A stretch of DNA of 63,987 nucleotides, the filler included, from Caldilineae bacterium (GTDB taxonomy: Bacteria > Chloroflexota > Anaerolineae > DTLA01), in NCBI GenBank assembly GCA_037446815.1. It is 4 parts of 4 records of this genome, joined end to end, with 100 filler letters (N's around TTAATTAATTAA, not from the genome) between each part and the next. Parts side by side here need not be neighbours in the genome. Positions count along the whole stretch, not along the records: positions 38,700 to 57,482 come from JBBIHX010000047.1; positions 57,583 to 63,987 come from JBBIHX010000165.1; 2 more parts are not named here. One strand, 5' to 3'. A program made the position numbers and the translations under genes. Within the stretch, counting starts at the first letter, position 1. Every line of letters starts with the position of its first letter. Positions 51,233-61,433 of the stretch are shown here, piece after piece. A model generated the notes under the pieces. That model was not told where the DNA came from. It saw only the letters and a program-made list of their open reading frames with translations, and ran no database searches.

Positions 51233-52129
51233 GTGCATACGGTTGAGATTTCCCACATATCCAAGGCCTTTGGCAAGACGCAGGCCGTGGCCGATGTCTC
51301 ATTCCACGTGGAGCGGGAGGAGATATTCGGCCTTCTCGGCCCCAATGGCGCGGGCAAGACGACCACGATTCGCATCATGCTGGACATTTTCAAGCCAGAC
51401 GCGGGCGAGGTCTTCGTCCTAGGCGGCCCTATGAGCGAGGAGAAGAAGAACCGCATCGGCTACATGCCCGAGGAACGCGGCTTGTACCAGGACATCGCGC
51501 TGGAGCGATGCCTGATGTACCTGGCGACGCTGAAGGGATTGTCCCCCGCGGAGGCGCATCGGCGCTTGGGCCGGTGGCTGGAGCGGTTTGACCTGGCGGC
51601 GCACCGGGCGAAGAAGGTCAAGGAATTGAGCAAGGGGATGCAGCAGAAGGCGCAGATTATCGCGGCGGTCATCCACGAGCCTGAACTGCTCATTGTGGAT
51701 GAGCCGTTCGCCGCCCTGGACCCGGTGAATACGCAGATGGTGAAGGACCTCATGCGGGAACTGCGCGACCGGGGCACGGCCATCATCATGTCCACGCACC
51801 AGATGCACCAGGTGGAGGAACTGTGCGACCGCATCCTGCTCATCAACAAGGGCCGCGACGTGCTGTATGGCAATCTGGACGAAGTGCGGCGGCAGCATTC
51901 GGGGCACGCGGTCGTCGTGCGCGCTGCGGGCGACCTGCCTGACGTGGAGGGCGTGGTGTCGACGTCGCGGCACAACAGCGAGTTGCGGCTGAACTTGGCC
52001 GATGGCGTTACGCCGCAGGATGTGCTCAAGGCCCTGGTACAGGCGGGCGCCGTGCTGGAGAAGTTTGAGATCGCGGTGCCTTCGTTGGACGAAATCTTCA
52101 TCCGCGTGGTGGGCAAGGGAGGCGAATGA
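51233..52129 (+). CDS. ABC transporter ATP-binding protein (NatA/YhaQ-like)
   Basis: GPNGAGKTT, GYMPEERGLY, LSKGMQQK and VDEPF motifs; GGAGGT RBS. Confidence 0.92.
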   Translation: MHTVEISHISKAFGKTQAVADVSFHVEREEIFGLLGPNGAGKTTTIRIMLDIFKPDAGEVFVLGGPMSEEKKNRIGYMPEERGLYQDIALERCLMYLATLKGLSPAEAHRRLGRWLERFDLAAHRAKKVKELSKGMQQKAQIIAAVIHEPELLIVDEPFAALDPVNTQMVKDLMRELRDRGTAIIMSTHQMHQVEELCDRILLINKGRDVLYGNLDEVRRQHSGHAVVVRAAGDLPDVEGVVSTSRHNSELRLNLADGVTPQDVLKALVQAGAVLEKFEIAVPSLDEIFIRVVGKGGE

Positions 52130-53349
52130 TGGCCAAACTGAGACTCATCGCCGTCCACGAGTATAGGCGGCACGTCTTGCGAAAGCGGTTCGTCTGGGCG
52201 CTGCTTAGCGTGCCGATGCTGCTGGTTCTCATGGTGGGAATCACGGCCCTGGCCATGCGCATGGAGAGGGACTATCGCCCCGTGGGGTATGTGGATCATT
52301 CCGGCATGCTCGCCCATCCCATCCTGCCGACAGAGGGGTCGGTGGAGATTCGCGCGTTTCCGAGCGAGGGCGAGGCGCAGAAGGCGCTCCAGGCGGGGGA
52401 GATTCAATGCTACTACGTGCTGCCCGCCGATTACGTCCAGACAAGCAAGGTTGAGTTGGTGTATGTGAAACCGCCCAAGAACAACGCTACCGGCGACTTC
52501 TGGGACTTCATGCAGATGAACTGGCTGGCGGATCAGCCCGTGGAGGTGGCGCGGCGCGTGGCCGCCATGAGCGACGATGACATCATCGTGCAGACGCCGG
52601 ACGGGCGGCGCGAGTTCGGCGCGGAGCCGACGCTGGGAGACCTCCTGCCCGTCATCGCGGGCATCGCCTTCGTGATGCTCCTCGGCTTCAGCGGGGGGTA
52701 TCTGGTGCAGGTCGTGGCAGAGGAGAAGGAGAACCGCACGATGGAGGTGCTCATTGCGTCGGCCTCGCCTGGGGAGATCATCGGGGGCAAGGTGGCCGGA
52801 CTGGTGGGCGTTATCCTGACGCAGGCCCTGGCATGGTTGGTGTTTGCCGCGATCGCCATCGCCGTGGCGGGGCGGCTCATCCAGTCGCCGTTCCTGCAAA
52901 CGGTGCGGGTGGACGGGGGCGTTGTGCTGATGACCCTGGCGGTATTCGCGCCGGCGTTTGTCATGTACAGCGCGTTGATGACCGCGCTCGGGGCGACGGT
53001 GGCCGAACCCCAGGAGGCGCAGCAGATTGCCGGCCTGTTCATGCTCCCGAATGCTGTCCCCCTCTGGATGATGGCGATGTTTGTCCAGAATCCTAACGGC
53101 CCCGTTGCGGTGGCGCTGACCGTGTTCCCGCTCACCTCGGCCCTGTCGCTGACGATTCGCGCCACGTTCGGCATCGTGCCGGTGTGGCAGGTGGCCGTGG
53201 CAGTTGTGCTGCTGGTGCTGAGCGCGTGGGGCGCGATATGGATGGCCGGGCGGGCGTTCCGGCTGGGAATGCTGCGCTACGGCAAGCGCGTAAGCCTGGG
53301 CGAGTTGCTGCGCCGGGCGAAACCCGCCGCGGGAGGCAACCATGCGTAA
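52126..53349 (+). CDS. ABC-2 permease (NatB/YhaP-like)
   Basis: EEKENRTMEVL...GKV motif; multiple TM segments. Confidence 0.88.
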   Translation: MMAKLRLIAVHEYRRHVLRKRFVWALLSVPMLLVLMVGITALAMRMERDYRPVGYVDHSGMLAHPILPTEGSVEIRAFPSEGEAQKALQAGEIQCYYVLPADYVQTSKVELVYVKPPKNNATGDFWDFMQMNWLADQPVEVARRVAAMSDDDIIVQTPDGRREFGAEPTLGDLLPVIAGIAFVMLLGFSGGYLVQVVAEEKENRTMEVLIASASPGEIIGGKVAGLVGVILTQALAWLVFAAIAIAVAGRLIQSPFLQTVRVDGGVVLMTLAVFAPAFVMYSALMTALGATVAEPQEAQQIAGLFMLPNAVPLWMMAMFVQNPNGPVAVALTVFPLTSALSLTIRATFGIVPVWQVAVAVVLLVLSAWGAIWMAGRAFRLGMLRYGKRVSLGELLRRAKPAAGGNHA

Positions 53350-54574
53350 GAGCATCCTCATCCTGCGCAACGAATTCATCACCACCATTTCGCGTCCGTC
53401 CTTTCTGTTGACGGCTTTTGGACTGCCGCTCATCGCGTTTCTCGTGTTTGCCGCGGCGGGCTGGCTTGGCCGTAGCGGAGGGGGCGGGGGCAGCGGCGTC
53501 GCTGGAGGCGGCATGTTCGCCTTCCGGCCGGAGGGGCTTGTGGACGAAACGGGGATTGTGCACACGCTGCCGGCCGATACGCCGCCTGGGGCGCTGACGA
53601 TCTACCCCGATGAGGAGAGCGCGCGCCAGGCTATGCAGACGGGCGAGATTCTCGCCTACTATCGGATTCCGCGCGACTACCTGGAGACGGGCAGGGTGTA
53701 CCTGGTGGATCCCGACGCCCGCCCGCTGATTTCGGGAGGCCAGACGTGGATTCTGCGCTGGGTGCTGATGGTGAACCTTCTGGGTGGCGATGCGCAACTG
53801 GCGGCGCGGGTGCGCAACCCCATGGAGGTTACAACGCGGCCCCTGTCGCCCACCGTACAGCGCGACACGGAGAACGAAGCGGCCTTCTGGATTCCCTACG
53901 CCGTAACGCTGATTTTCTACTTCGTCATCATCATGTCGGCCAGCCTGTTGCTGAACAGCATCAGCAAGGAGAAGCAGAACCGCGTGATGGAGATTCTGAT
54001 GGCGTCGGCGTCGCCGCGCGAGATGTTGGTGGGCAAGATCGCGGGGCTGGGGCTGGCCGGCCTGACCCAGACGGCCGTGTGGGTGCTGACGGGATACACG
54101 CTGTTGCAGGTGGGCGGGCAGACCCTGAACATCCCGCCGTCGCTCCAGCCATCGCCGTCTATTCTCTTGTGGGGCGCGGTGTTCTTCTTGCTGGGGTACG
54201 CCCTGTACGCGAGCCTGATGGCGGCGCTGGGGGCGCTGGTGCCCAATCTGCGCGAGGCGTCGCAGGCCACGATTTCGGTCATCTGGCCGCTGCTCCTGCC
54301 GCTGTTCTTCATCAACGCGCTGATTCAGGCGCCGGACGGGGCGCTGGCCGTGGCCATGGGGTTCATCCCGTTCACCTCGCCCATCGCGATGATGACGCGA
54401 CTGGCGGCAGCGAGCGTGCCCCTGTGGCAGCCCGCGCTGGCGGCTGCGCTGTTGGCGGTAACCGTTGTGTTCGTGGTCAGGGCCGTGGCGAGGATGTTCC
54501 GCGCGCAGACGCTACTTTCGGGCCAGCCCTTCAGCACGAAGCGATTCTGGGGCGCGCTCATGGGCAAGGAATAG
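53342..54574 (+). CDS. ABC-2 permease (NatB/YhaP-like)
   Basis: [11 protein letters not shown]...GKI and IPFTSPIAM motifs. Confidence 0.88.
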   Translation: MRKSILILRNEFITTISRPSFLLTAFGLPLIAFLVFAAAGWLGRSGGGGGSGVAGGGMFAFRPEGLVDETGIVHTLPADTPPGALTIYPDEESARQAMQTGEILAYYRIPRDYLETGRVYLVDPDARPLISGGQTWILRWVLMVNLLGGDAQLAARVRNPMEVTTRPLSPTVQRDTENEAAFWIPYAVTLIFYFVIIMSASLLLNSISKEKQNRVMEILMASASPREMLVGKIAGLGLAGLTQTAVWVLTGYTLLQVGGQTLNIPPSLQPSPSILLWGAVFFLLGYALYASLMAALGALVPNLREASQATISVIWPLLLPLFFINALIQAPDGALAVAMGFIPFTSPIAMMTRLAAASVPLWQPALAAALLAVTVVFVVRAVARMFRAQTLLSGQPFSTKRFWGALMGKE

Positions 54575-54606
54575 CATACGGGTCGGTGTGTGCAGGAGGT
54601 GGTAGG

Positions 54607-55062
54607 ATGGCCGAGACCTATCAGCGCGTGCCCATGCAGGCGGTGAAGCGCATCGCGCTCATCGCCCACGATAACCGCAAGCAGGACCTGCTGGACTGGG
54701 TGCGGTTCAACCGCCACACCCTCGCGCAGCATCGGTTGTTCGCCACGGGTACGACGGGGAGCCTCATCGCCCGCGAGACCGGTCTGAACGTCGTGGCTTT
54801 CAAGAGCGGGCCGCTCGGAGGCGACGTGCAGATCGGGGCGAAGATTGTGGAGGGCGAGATAGACGCGCTCATCTTCTTCTGGGACCCGCTGGAAGCCCAG
54901 CCCCACGATCCGGACATCAAGGCGCTCCTGCGCATTGCGGTGTTGGCGAACATCCCGGTGGCCTGCAACCGCGCCACCGCTGATTTCCTCTTGTCCTCCC
55001 CGCTGATGACATCGGAGTACGAGCGGGTTGTGGAGGACTACGCGGCACGGCTGCGGCGGTAG
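54607..55062 (+). CDS. mgsA: methylglyoxal synthase
   Basis: IALIAHD, ATGTTG, SGPLGGD, FFWDPL..QPHDPD and PVACN motifs. Confidence 0.95.
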   Translation: MAETYQRVPMQAVKRIALIAHDNRKQDLLDWVRFNRHTLAQHRLFATGTTGSLIARETGLNVVAFKSGPLGGDVQIGAKIVEGEIDALIFFWDPLEAQPHDPDIKALLRIAVLANIPVACNRATADFLLSSPLMTSEYERVVEDYAARLRR

Positions 55063-55127
55063 CGGAGGTCGCCGCCGCGCCTTTTCCCTGGCTTCGGCGG
55101 CACGGCCCTCACGCGCAACTCCCCGAT

Positions 55128-55158
55128 TTGACTCTGACGTTACGTCAGGGTGTATACT
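55128..55158 (+). promoter_or_regulatory. MerR-type promoter/operator
   Basis: TTGACT-19 bp-TATACT with palindrome CTGACGT-T-ACGTCAG in the spacer. Confidence 0.88.
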
Positions 55159-55165
55159 GCTGCCC

Positions 55166-55951
55166 ATGAAGAGACGAGCCCAGGCATACACCATTGGTGA
55201 ACTCGCAAAGTTGGCGGGCGTAACGGTGCGAACGTTGCGCTACTATGACCAGATCGGCCTCCTCGCTCCATCCGCCAGGACGGAGTCGGGGTACCGGCTG
55301 TACGGGCGCGCGGACCTGCTGCGGCTCCAGCAAATTCTGTTCTTCCGGGAACTGGACATGCCGCTGGCAGAAATCCGCGCGGTTCTTCAAGACCCGGACT
55401 TTGACATGGTAGCGGCGCTACGACAGCACCGCCGCCTGCTGGAGCAGCGAATGGAGCGGCTCACTCGTCTCTTGGCCACCCTGGACAAGACATTGCGGAG
55501 CCTTACGGAGGACAACATGGAACTGACCGATGAGGAATTGTACGAAGGTTTCACGCCGGAACAGCGGGAGCGATACGCCCGCGAGGCACGGGAGCGCTAC
55601 GATCCCACCCTCGTAGCCGAGTCCGAGCGTCGGATACGCGCGATGACCCGCGAGCAGTGGGCCGCGCTGAAGCAAGAAGGGCACGAGGTTACGGTGGGCA
55701 TCGCGGCGCTGGCCGACCGCGCGCCCGACGATGCCGAAGTGCAGGCGCTCATCGCCCGGCATCACGCCTGGATTGAGCGGTTCTACCCGTGCTCAGCCGA
55801 GGTGTACCGCGGCCTGGCCCAGGGCTACGCGGAGCATCCGGACTTCCGCGCGTTCTATGACCGGTATCGGCCCGGTCTGGCTGACTTCATGCGTGCGGCC
55901 ATGACCCACTATGCGGACACCGTGCTGGCGCGGCGGCCGGCAGAACGCTAG
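55166..55951 (+). CDS. MerR-family regulator with TipAS domain (TipA/Mta-like)
   Basis: YTIGELAKLAGVTVRTLRYYDQIGLL...GYRLY; C-terminal TipAS-like YRGL...Y..HPDFRAFYD..PGLA.F. Confidence 0.92.
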   Translation: MKRRAQAYTIGELAKLAGVTVRTLRYYDQIGLLAPSARTESGYRLYGRADLLRLQQILFFRELDMPLAEIRAVLQDPDFDMVAALRQHRRLLEQRMERLTRLLATLDKTLRSLTEDNMELTDEELYEGFTPEQRERYAREARERYDPTLVAESERRIRAMTREQWAALKQEGHEVTVGIAALADRAPDDAEVQALIARHHAWIERFYPCSAEVYRGLAQGYAEHPDFRAFYDRYRPGLADFMRAAMTHYADTVLARRPAER

Positions 55952-57105
55952 GCGTCCAGCGCGCCCAAAATCGCCCACAGGAACTGCTCGCTGCGGGCGA
56001 GGACGTCCGCGTCTAGGTTCTCCACCGTGTCCGTCGGACGGTGCCACTCGGTGAGCACCCCGCCGCGCGGCGCCGAGGTGAGCGTGAGCACGCGGAAACC
56101 GTGCATCACGCCGATGGCGCCCTCGGTGTACGCGCCGGAGAAGGTATCGCCTTCCGCGCCCAGGTCCGGACGGCCGGCGGCGAGGCGCTCGGCCAGGGCG
56201 ACGAGGTCGGGGTCGCTGGGAGCGGGCACCAGGAATGTCTCGCGGGTGATGAAGACGGGCCTCCCTCGGCTCCCCACGCCATCCAGCGCGATCCACACGG
56301 CGCGGCCTAACTCGGCCCTGTGCGCGCGGGCAAAGGCGTCGGCCCCGTAGCAGCCTACCTCCTCGCACCCGCTGAGTACGGCCCAGACCTCGGTGTGCGC
56401 GAGGGGTTCCGCTTTCAGGCGTTCGGCCGCGTGGAGCACGATGCCGACGGCGCTGGCGTTGTCGTTGGCGCCAACAGTGAACGGCGTCCGATCGGCCTGG
56501 ACGGTGAGGGCGAGGATGGCGGCGAGTACCCACGCTGGCGGCAGTGCGGCCGCCCGCCAGACGATGGCGTGCGAACCGATGCCGATGGCGAACAGGATGA
56601 CAAGCACCACGCTGGATGCGAGGCCAAGGGGCACCAGCGTTTTGAACAAGCGGAGCCAGGCGTCGGTGGAGAAGACGAGGGGCGTGCGGTGGGTGTCCAG
56701 GTGGCCCAGCAGGACGACGCGGTTCTTGACCGGGCCGGTGGGCGGGATGCGCGCCCAGACGTTCTGGCTGCGGCCCTTGGGCAGGATGGCGCGGAAGGGA
56801 TTGGGCCGGAACGCCAGTTCCAGGAGGACGGACACGATGGCGAAGAGGGACAGGACGAGCGCGGCAATGGCCCCTGCGCTGCCGGCTGCCCAGAACAGCG
56901 CGGCGGCTACCAGCATGAGGGCGGAGAACAGGACGTAGGGGGACCAGGCGGACTTGGCGCTGGTGAACGGCTCCACCGTGGGCTCCAGGCCGAGGCCGCG
57001 CAAGAAGTCGGCGGCGTACTGGGCGGCCTGGGATTCCTGCGCGGTGGTGGAGCCTCGCGGCCCGATGGTTTCGGCAAGGTAGCGGACATGATCCAGGGCG
57101 GTCAT
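55948..57105 (-). CDS. M28-family peptidase with TM insertions
   Basis: GPRGS, GHLDT, GANDNAS, GCEEVG and WH.PTD motifs. Confidence 0.85.
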   Translation of the reverse strand: MTALDHVRYLAETIGPRGSTTAQESQAAQYAADFLRGLGLEPTVEPFTSAKSAWSPYVLFSALMLVAAALFWAAGSAGAIAALVLSLFAIVSVLLELAFRPNPFRAILPKGRSQNVWARIPPTGPVKNRVVLLGHLDTHRTPLVFSTDAWLRLFKTLVPLGLASSVVLVILFAIGIGSHAIVWRAAALPPAWVLAAILALTVQADRTPFTVGANDNASAVGIVLHAAERLKAEPLAHTEVWAVLSGCEEVGCYGADAFARAHRAELGRAVWIALDGVGSRGRPVFITRETFLVPAPSDPDLVALAERLAAGRPDLGAEGDTFSGAYTEGAIGVMHGFRVLTLTSAPRGGVLTEWHRPTDTVENLDADVLARSEQFLWAILGALDA

Positions 57106-57204
57106 GGCGGTCGCCTCCTTCTGGTTGATGGGGGGATTGTAGCGGGGATGACGACGGTGTCAACCGTGGCGCGGGAGTGGTGAGGTGTGGCCGTCCGCGC
57201 GGGA

Positions 57205-57482
57205 TGGCTTCGGGCGCTGCACGCCCTCGCAATGACAAATACCAACAGGCTTTGGAACCGAATCCCGGCGCGGGCTCGGTTCCAAAGTCTGTTGGCATCT
57301 GCTGTCATTCTGAGCGGCGAAGCCGCGAAGAATCTCGCTGACCGAGATGCTTCGCCTTCGGCTCAGCATGACAGAGTGGGGAGGCGGTGCGCGGGACAGA
57401 CCAACAAAAGATGGAACCGTGTCATCGGCGACTCGGTTCCATCTTGTGTTGGTGAAACGCATGGACACTCTCCTCGTGTGTC
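57205..57482. mobile_element. cluster of three MITE copies or ends at contig end
   Basis: right TIR 57242-57260; complete 143-bp copy 57277-57419 with GTCATTCTGAG cargo; left TIR 57434-57452 running into the gap. Confidence 0.75.
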
Positions 57483-57582
57483 NNNNNNNNNNNNNNNNNN
57501 NNNNNNNNNNNNNNNNNNNNNNNNNNTTAATTAATTAANNNNNNNNNNNNNNNNNNNNNNNNNNNNNNNNNNNNNNNNNNNN
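57483..57582. other. artificial contig linker
   Basis: N44-TTAATTAATTAA-N44. Confidence 0.98.
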
Positions 57583-57635
57583 TGACCAAAGTCACATACA
57601 CACGAGCAGCTCTCCCGTATACTGGATTTGTGAGG

Positions 57636-57860
57636 CGATTCCATCTTGTGTTGGTGAACCGGATGTGCACTCTCCTCGTGTGTCGTTGCGAGCGAAGCGA
57701 AGCAACCCCACGCCTCGGAGATTGCTTCGGGCGCTCCGCGCCCTCGCAATGACAGGCGGGGCCGGACTCCCTCGCCCTTCGGGAGAGGGCTGGGGTGAGG
57801 GGGATTGCTTCCGGCGCTCCGCGCCCTCGCAATGACAAATACCAACAGCCTTTGGAACCG
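57636..57860 (+). mobile_element. 225-bp expanded MITE copy
   Basis: CGATTCCATCTTGTGTTGG...CCAACAGCCTTTGGAACCG-AATC, with an extra GGGAGAGGG REP and a duplicated half-REP. Confidence 0.75.
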
Positions 57861-57935
57861 AATCGGATTTGTAGGAAACTTAACAACTACATGCGGGACC
57901 GCAAGAGAGCGGGTCAACGCAAAGGAGAAGACACA

Positions 57936-58349
57936 ATGTCCAGAGGTAAGGTACTCATCCTAGCCGCAGTTGCCGTCTTGGCGGTCGTGGCAGCAGCGTG
58001 CAGCGCCAGTTTCAGCATCAGCACCGCCAACATTCGCAGCGCCAAACTGTCGGCCAACGAAAGCGGCAGCCCCGAAACCACCGTGTTCGCCCAGGACGAC
58101 CTGACGGTCTACTGCATCGTGGATTTGGCGAACGCCCCATCGGATACCGTCGTCAAGTCCGTGTGGACGGCCGTTGACGTGGAAGGCGTTGACCCCAACA
58201 CCGTGATTGACGAGGCCTCGTTGACCAGCGGCGACGCCACACTGACCTTCAATCTCACCAACAACCACCTCTGGCCGGTTGGCAAGTACAAGGTTGACCT
58301 GTACCTGAACGACAAACTCGTCCGCACGCTTGAGTATCAGGTGCAGTGA
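57936..58349 (+). CDS. lipoprotein, Ig-like fold
   Basis: lipobox AAAC; WPVGKYKVDLYLND; AAGGAG RBS. Confidence 0.75.
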   Translation: MSRGKVLILAAVAVLAVVAAACSASFSISTANIRSAKLSANESGSPETTVFAQDDLTVYCIVDLANAPSDTVVKSVWTAVDVEGVDPNTVIDEASLTSGDATLTFNLTNNHLWPVGKYKVDLYLNDKLVRTLEYQVQ

Positions 58350-58562
58350 AAGAGCGCAGGCACGCTGCTGTGCCGCGCGAATTCGCCTACAAACTCACGG
58401 GGCATTCCGAGGAGCGGAGCGACGAAGAATCGTGCTCCGGAACAACGCGGGAGATTTTCCGCTTCGCTCATAGATGACAAAGGGTAACTGCGGTTTTGGT
58501 ATCAGGAACGTTTGCCGACAGAGCACACCGCAGCATACCCTTGAACGTTAGGAGGCGCGAAG

Positions 58563-59117
58563 ATGAGACCGACGGAGATTCTCAAAGACGAGCACCAGGG
58601 CATCAAGACCGGCCTGCGAATCCTGGGCAGGATTGCCGACAAACTCAACTCCGGCCAGGCCGTCCCGCCGGAGCACCTGGAGCAACTGGTGGACTTCATC
58701 CGCACCTTCGCGGACAAGTGTCATCACGGCAAGGAAGAAGACCTGCTGTTCGTTGAAATGGAGAAGGCGGGCGTTCCCAAGGAGGGCGGGCCTATCGCCG
58801 TGATGCTCGTGGAGCACGACCAGGGCCGCGGCTACGTGCGGGCCATGGCCGATGCCATCCCCGCGTACAAGGCGGGCGACCCCGCGGCGGCCCGGAAGTT
58901 CGCCCAGAACGCCCACAACTACATCGGCCTGCTCACCCAGCACATTGACAAAGAGGACAACATCCTCTACGTCATCGCCGACATGCACCTGTCGGACGAA
59001 CAGCAGGCTTGCCTGTTGGAAGGGTTTGATCGCGTGGAGATGGAGCGCATCGGGCCGGGCAAGCATGAGGAATATCACCGCATGCTGGACCGGCTGAGCG
59101 CAATCTATCTGCAGTAG
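58563..59117 (+). CDS. hemerythrin/HHE-domain protein
   Basis: EH...HHGKEE..LF...EH...HIDKEDNIL. Confidence 0.9.
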   Translation: MRPTEILKDEHQGIKTGLRILGRIADKLNSGQAVPPEHLEQLVDFIRTFADKCHHGKEEDLLFVEMEKAGVPKEGGPIAVMLVEHDQGRGYVRAMADAIPAYKAGDPAAARKFAQNAHNYIGLLTQHIDKEDNILYVIADMHLSDEQQACLLEGFDRVEMERIGPGKHEEYHRMLDRLSAIYLQ

Positions 59118-59135
59118 TCCAGGAGGGCGAAGCCT

Positions 59136-59387
59136 ATGGAGCAGAAAACGCGCCCATTTGTTACCAGCGAACTGGATATCCGCACGGTGCCGCCGCCGCA
59201 GCGCCACCCGCTGATTGACGCGACCTTTGACAGCCTGCACCCCGGCGAGGCGTTCGTCTTGGTGAACGACCACGACCCCAAGCCGCTCCACTACGCCTTT
59301 CTGTACGAGCGGCCGGGACAGTTCACCTGGGAGTATCTGGAGCAGGGGCCGGACATCTGGCGCGTCCGCATCGGCAAGCCCGAATGA
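59136..59387 (+). CDS. DUF2249 protein
   Basis: LDIRTVPP.QRH..I...FDSL..GE...LVNDHDPKPL...WEYLEQGP..WRVRI. Confidence 0.88.
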   Translation: MEQKTRPFVTSELDIRTVPPPQRHPLIDATFDSLHPGEAFVLVNDHDPKPLHYAFLYERPGQFTWEYLEQGPDIWRVRIGKPE

Positions 59388-59420
59388 GCACCAACTGAGC
59401 AATCGCGATAGGGAGAGCGT

Positions 59421-61409
59421 ATGGCAACCGTGAACAGCATTGATCCCGCCGTCAACGCCCTGCTGGAGTACGCCGAACAGGAGGGCATTACGACCGCGTT
59501 CAGCCGCGCCGAGGCCATGAAGCCCTGCCCCATCGGGCATATCGGCGCGTGCTGCAAGCATTGCCACATGGGCCCGTGCCGCCTGGTCAAGCCCGGGCAG
59601 ACGGGCATCTGTGGGGCCACGATAGAAACGGTTACGTCGCGCAACTTCGCCCGCATGATCGCCGTGGGGGCCGCCGCCCACTCGGATCACGGGCGCGACC
59701 TGGTGTTCACGCTCCTGGCCGCCGCCGAGGGCGAGGCCCCGGACTACCGCATCCGCGACGAGCGCAAACTCCACGAGGTGGCGCGCTTTCTGGGCGTGGC
59801 AACCGACAATCGCGCCACGACGGACATCGCCCGCGATGTGGCGCTCAAGGCCATGGAGCAGTTCACGTCGCAACGCAAGGAGGCGGTCTATCTGCGCCGC
59901 GCGCCGAAGCCGCGCCAGGAAATCTGGCGCAGGCTGGGGATTGCGCCGCGCGGCATTGACCGCGAGGTGGTGGACCTGCTGCACCGCACCCACATCGGCG
60001 ACGACCAGGACCACGAGCACATCCTCATGGCCGGGCTGCGCTGCGCCCTGGCCGATGGTTGGAGCGGCTCCATGCTGGCCACCGACATCACCGACATTCT
60101 GTTCGGCACGCCCGCGCCCCTGCAATCGCAGGCCAACCTGGGCATCCTGGGCAGGGACACGGTCAACATCGTCGTGCACGGCCACGAGCCGACGCTGTCC
60201 GAGATGATCGTCGCCGCGTCGCAGGACCCGGAACTCGTCGCCTACGCCAAATCCAAGGGCGCGACGGGCATCAACCTCACCGGCATCTGCTGCACGGCCA
60301 ACGAGGTGCTCATGCGGCAAGGCGTGGGCACGGCGGGCAACTTCCTGAGCCAGGAACTGGCCATCATGACCGGCGCGGTGGAGATGATGGTGGTGGACGT
60401 GCAGTGCATCATGGAGGCCCTGGCCCCGCTCTCCCAGCGGTTCCACACCAAACTGGTAACCACTTCGCCCAAGGTCAAGATTCACGGCGCGCTCCATGTG
60501 GAGATGGACGAGCGGCGCGCGCTGGCCATCGCCAAGGACCTGGTGCGCATGGCCATTGATAACTTCCCCAACCGCGGCGAGACGCGCATCCCCGAATTCC
60601 GCACGAACATGGTGGCCGGCTTCTCGCACGAGTACCTGAACTACATGATGGGCGGGGTGTACCGAGGCTCCTTCCGCCCGCTCAACGAGGCCATCGTGCA
60701 AGGGCGCATCCGGGGCGTGGCGGGGGTGGCCGGGTGCAACAACCCCCGCGCCAGCGCCCACGACGCGGCCCACGAGTACATCGTCCGCGAGTTCATCCGC
60801 AACGACGTGCTGGTGGTGCAGACGGGGTGCGGCGCCATCTCGGCGGCCAAGTACGGCCTCCTGTCGCCCGAAGAAGCATTCCGAGGGGCAGGAGCCGGCC
60901 TGCGCGAGGTGTGCGAGGCGCTGGGAATCCCGCCCGTGCTGCACATGGGCTCCTGCGTGGACAACTCGCGCATCCTCACCGCGCTGTCGCAGATGGCGAC
61001 TGAAGGCGGTTTGGGCGAGGACATCAGCGACATCCCGGGCGTGGGCATCGCGCCCGAGTGGATGAGCGAGAAGGCGGTGTCCATCGGCGCGTACCTGGTG
61101 GCGTCGGGCGTGTACACGCTGTTCGGCGGCGACAACCCTGTGGAGGCCAGTCCCGTCGTTACCGAGTTCATCCGCCAGGGCTGGGAGCAGCGGGTGGGTG
61201 GCAAACTGGAGTTTGTGCGCGACCCCGAGGAGATCGTCGCCCGGTCGCTGGCGCACATAGACGCCAAGCGTGCGGCCCTCGGCCTAGCGCGCTACGACCC
61301 GCACCGTTTCGGCGCGAGCGGCGACGCCGTAATGCTGCGCTGGCTTCGGGCGCGGGAGATGGGCGCGCCGGTCAGCCCGTACAGCACGGTAGGCGTGGCG
61401 GCGGCGTAG
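59421..61409 (+). CDS. cooS: anaerobic Ni,Fe carbon-monoxide dehydrogenase
   Basis: C..G..G.CC..C.MGPC...GICG (D/B clusters); AAHSDH; C-cluster ligands HGH, CCTANE, DVQC, GCNN, TGC and GSCVD; EWMSEKA. Confidence 0.95.
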   Translation: MATVNSIDPAVNALLEYAEQEGITTAFSRAEAMKPCPIGHIGACCKHCHMGPCRLVKPGQTGICGATIETVTSRNFARMIAVGAAAHSDHGRDLVFTLLAAAEGEAPDYRIRDERKLHEVARFLGVATDNRATTDIARDVALKAMEQFTSQRKEAVYLRRAPKPRQEIWRRLGIAPRGIDREVVDLLHRTHIGDDQDHEHILMAGLRCALADGWSGSMLATDITDILFGTPAPLQSQANLGILGRDTVNIVVHGHEPTLSEMIVAASQDPELVAYAKSKGATGINLTGICCTANEVLMRQGVGTAGNFLSQELAIMTGAVEMMVVDVQCIMEALAPLSQRFHTKLVTTSPKVKIHGALHVEMDERRALAIAKDLVRMAIDNFPNRGETRIPEFRTNMVAGFSHEYLNYMMGGVYRGSFRPLNEAIVQGRIRGVAGVAGCNNPRASAHDAAHEYIVREFIRNDVLVVQTGCGAISAAKYGLLSPEEAFRGAGAGLREVCEALGIPPVLHMGSCVDNSRILTALSQMATEGGLGEDISDIPGVGIAPEWMSEKAVSIGAYLVASGVYTLFGGDNPVEASPVVTEFIRQGWEQRVGGKLEFVRDPEEIVARSLAHIDAKRAALGLARYDPHRFGASGDAVMLRWLRAREMGAPVSPYSTVGVAAA

Positions 61410-61433
61410 GCGACTCCCGTCCCGCGGGCGGCG

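Noticed and set aside
58496..58522. CooA/FNR box upstream of the cooS operon
   Set aside because: A CGACA half-site exists, but there is no partner half-site at the 6-bp spacing.
58548..61256. Long antisense ORFs (also 24532-26970, 12224-14179, 51460-53565, 42521-44026)
   Set aside because: These are shadows of well-supported opposite-strand genes in high-GC DNA and carry no recognisable motifs.
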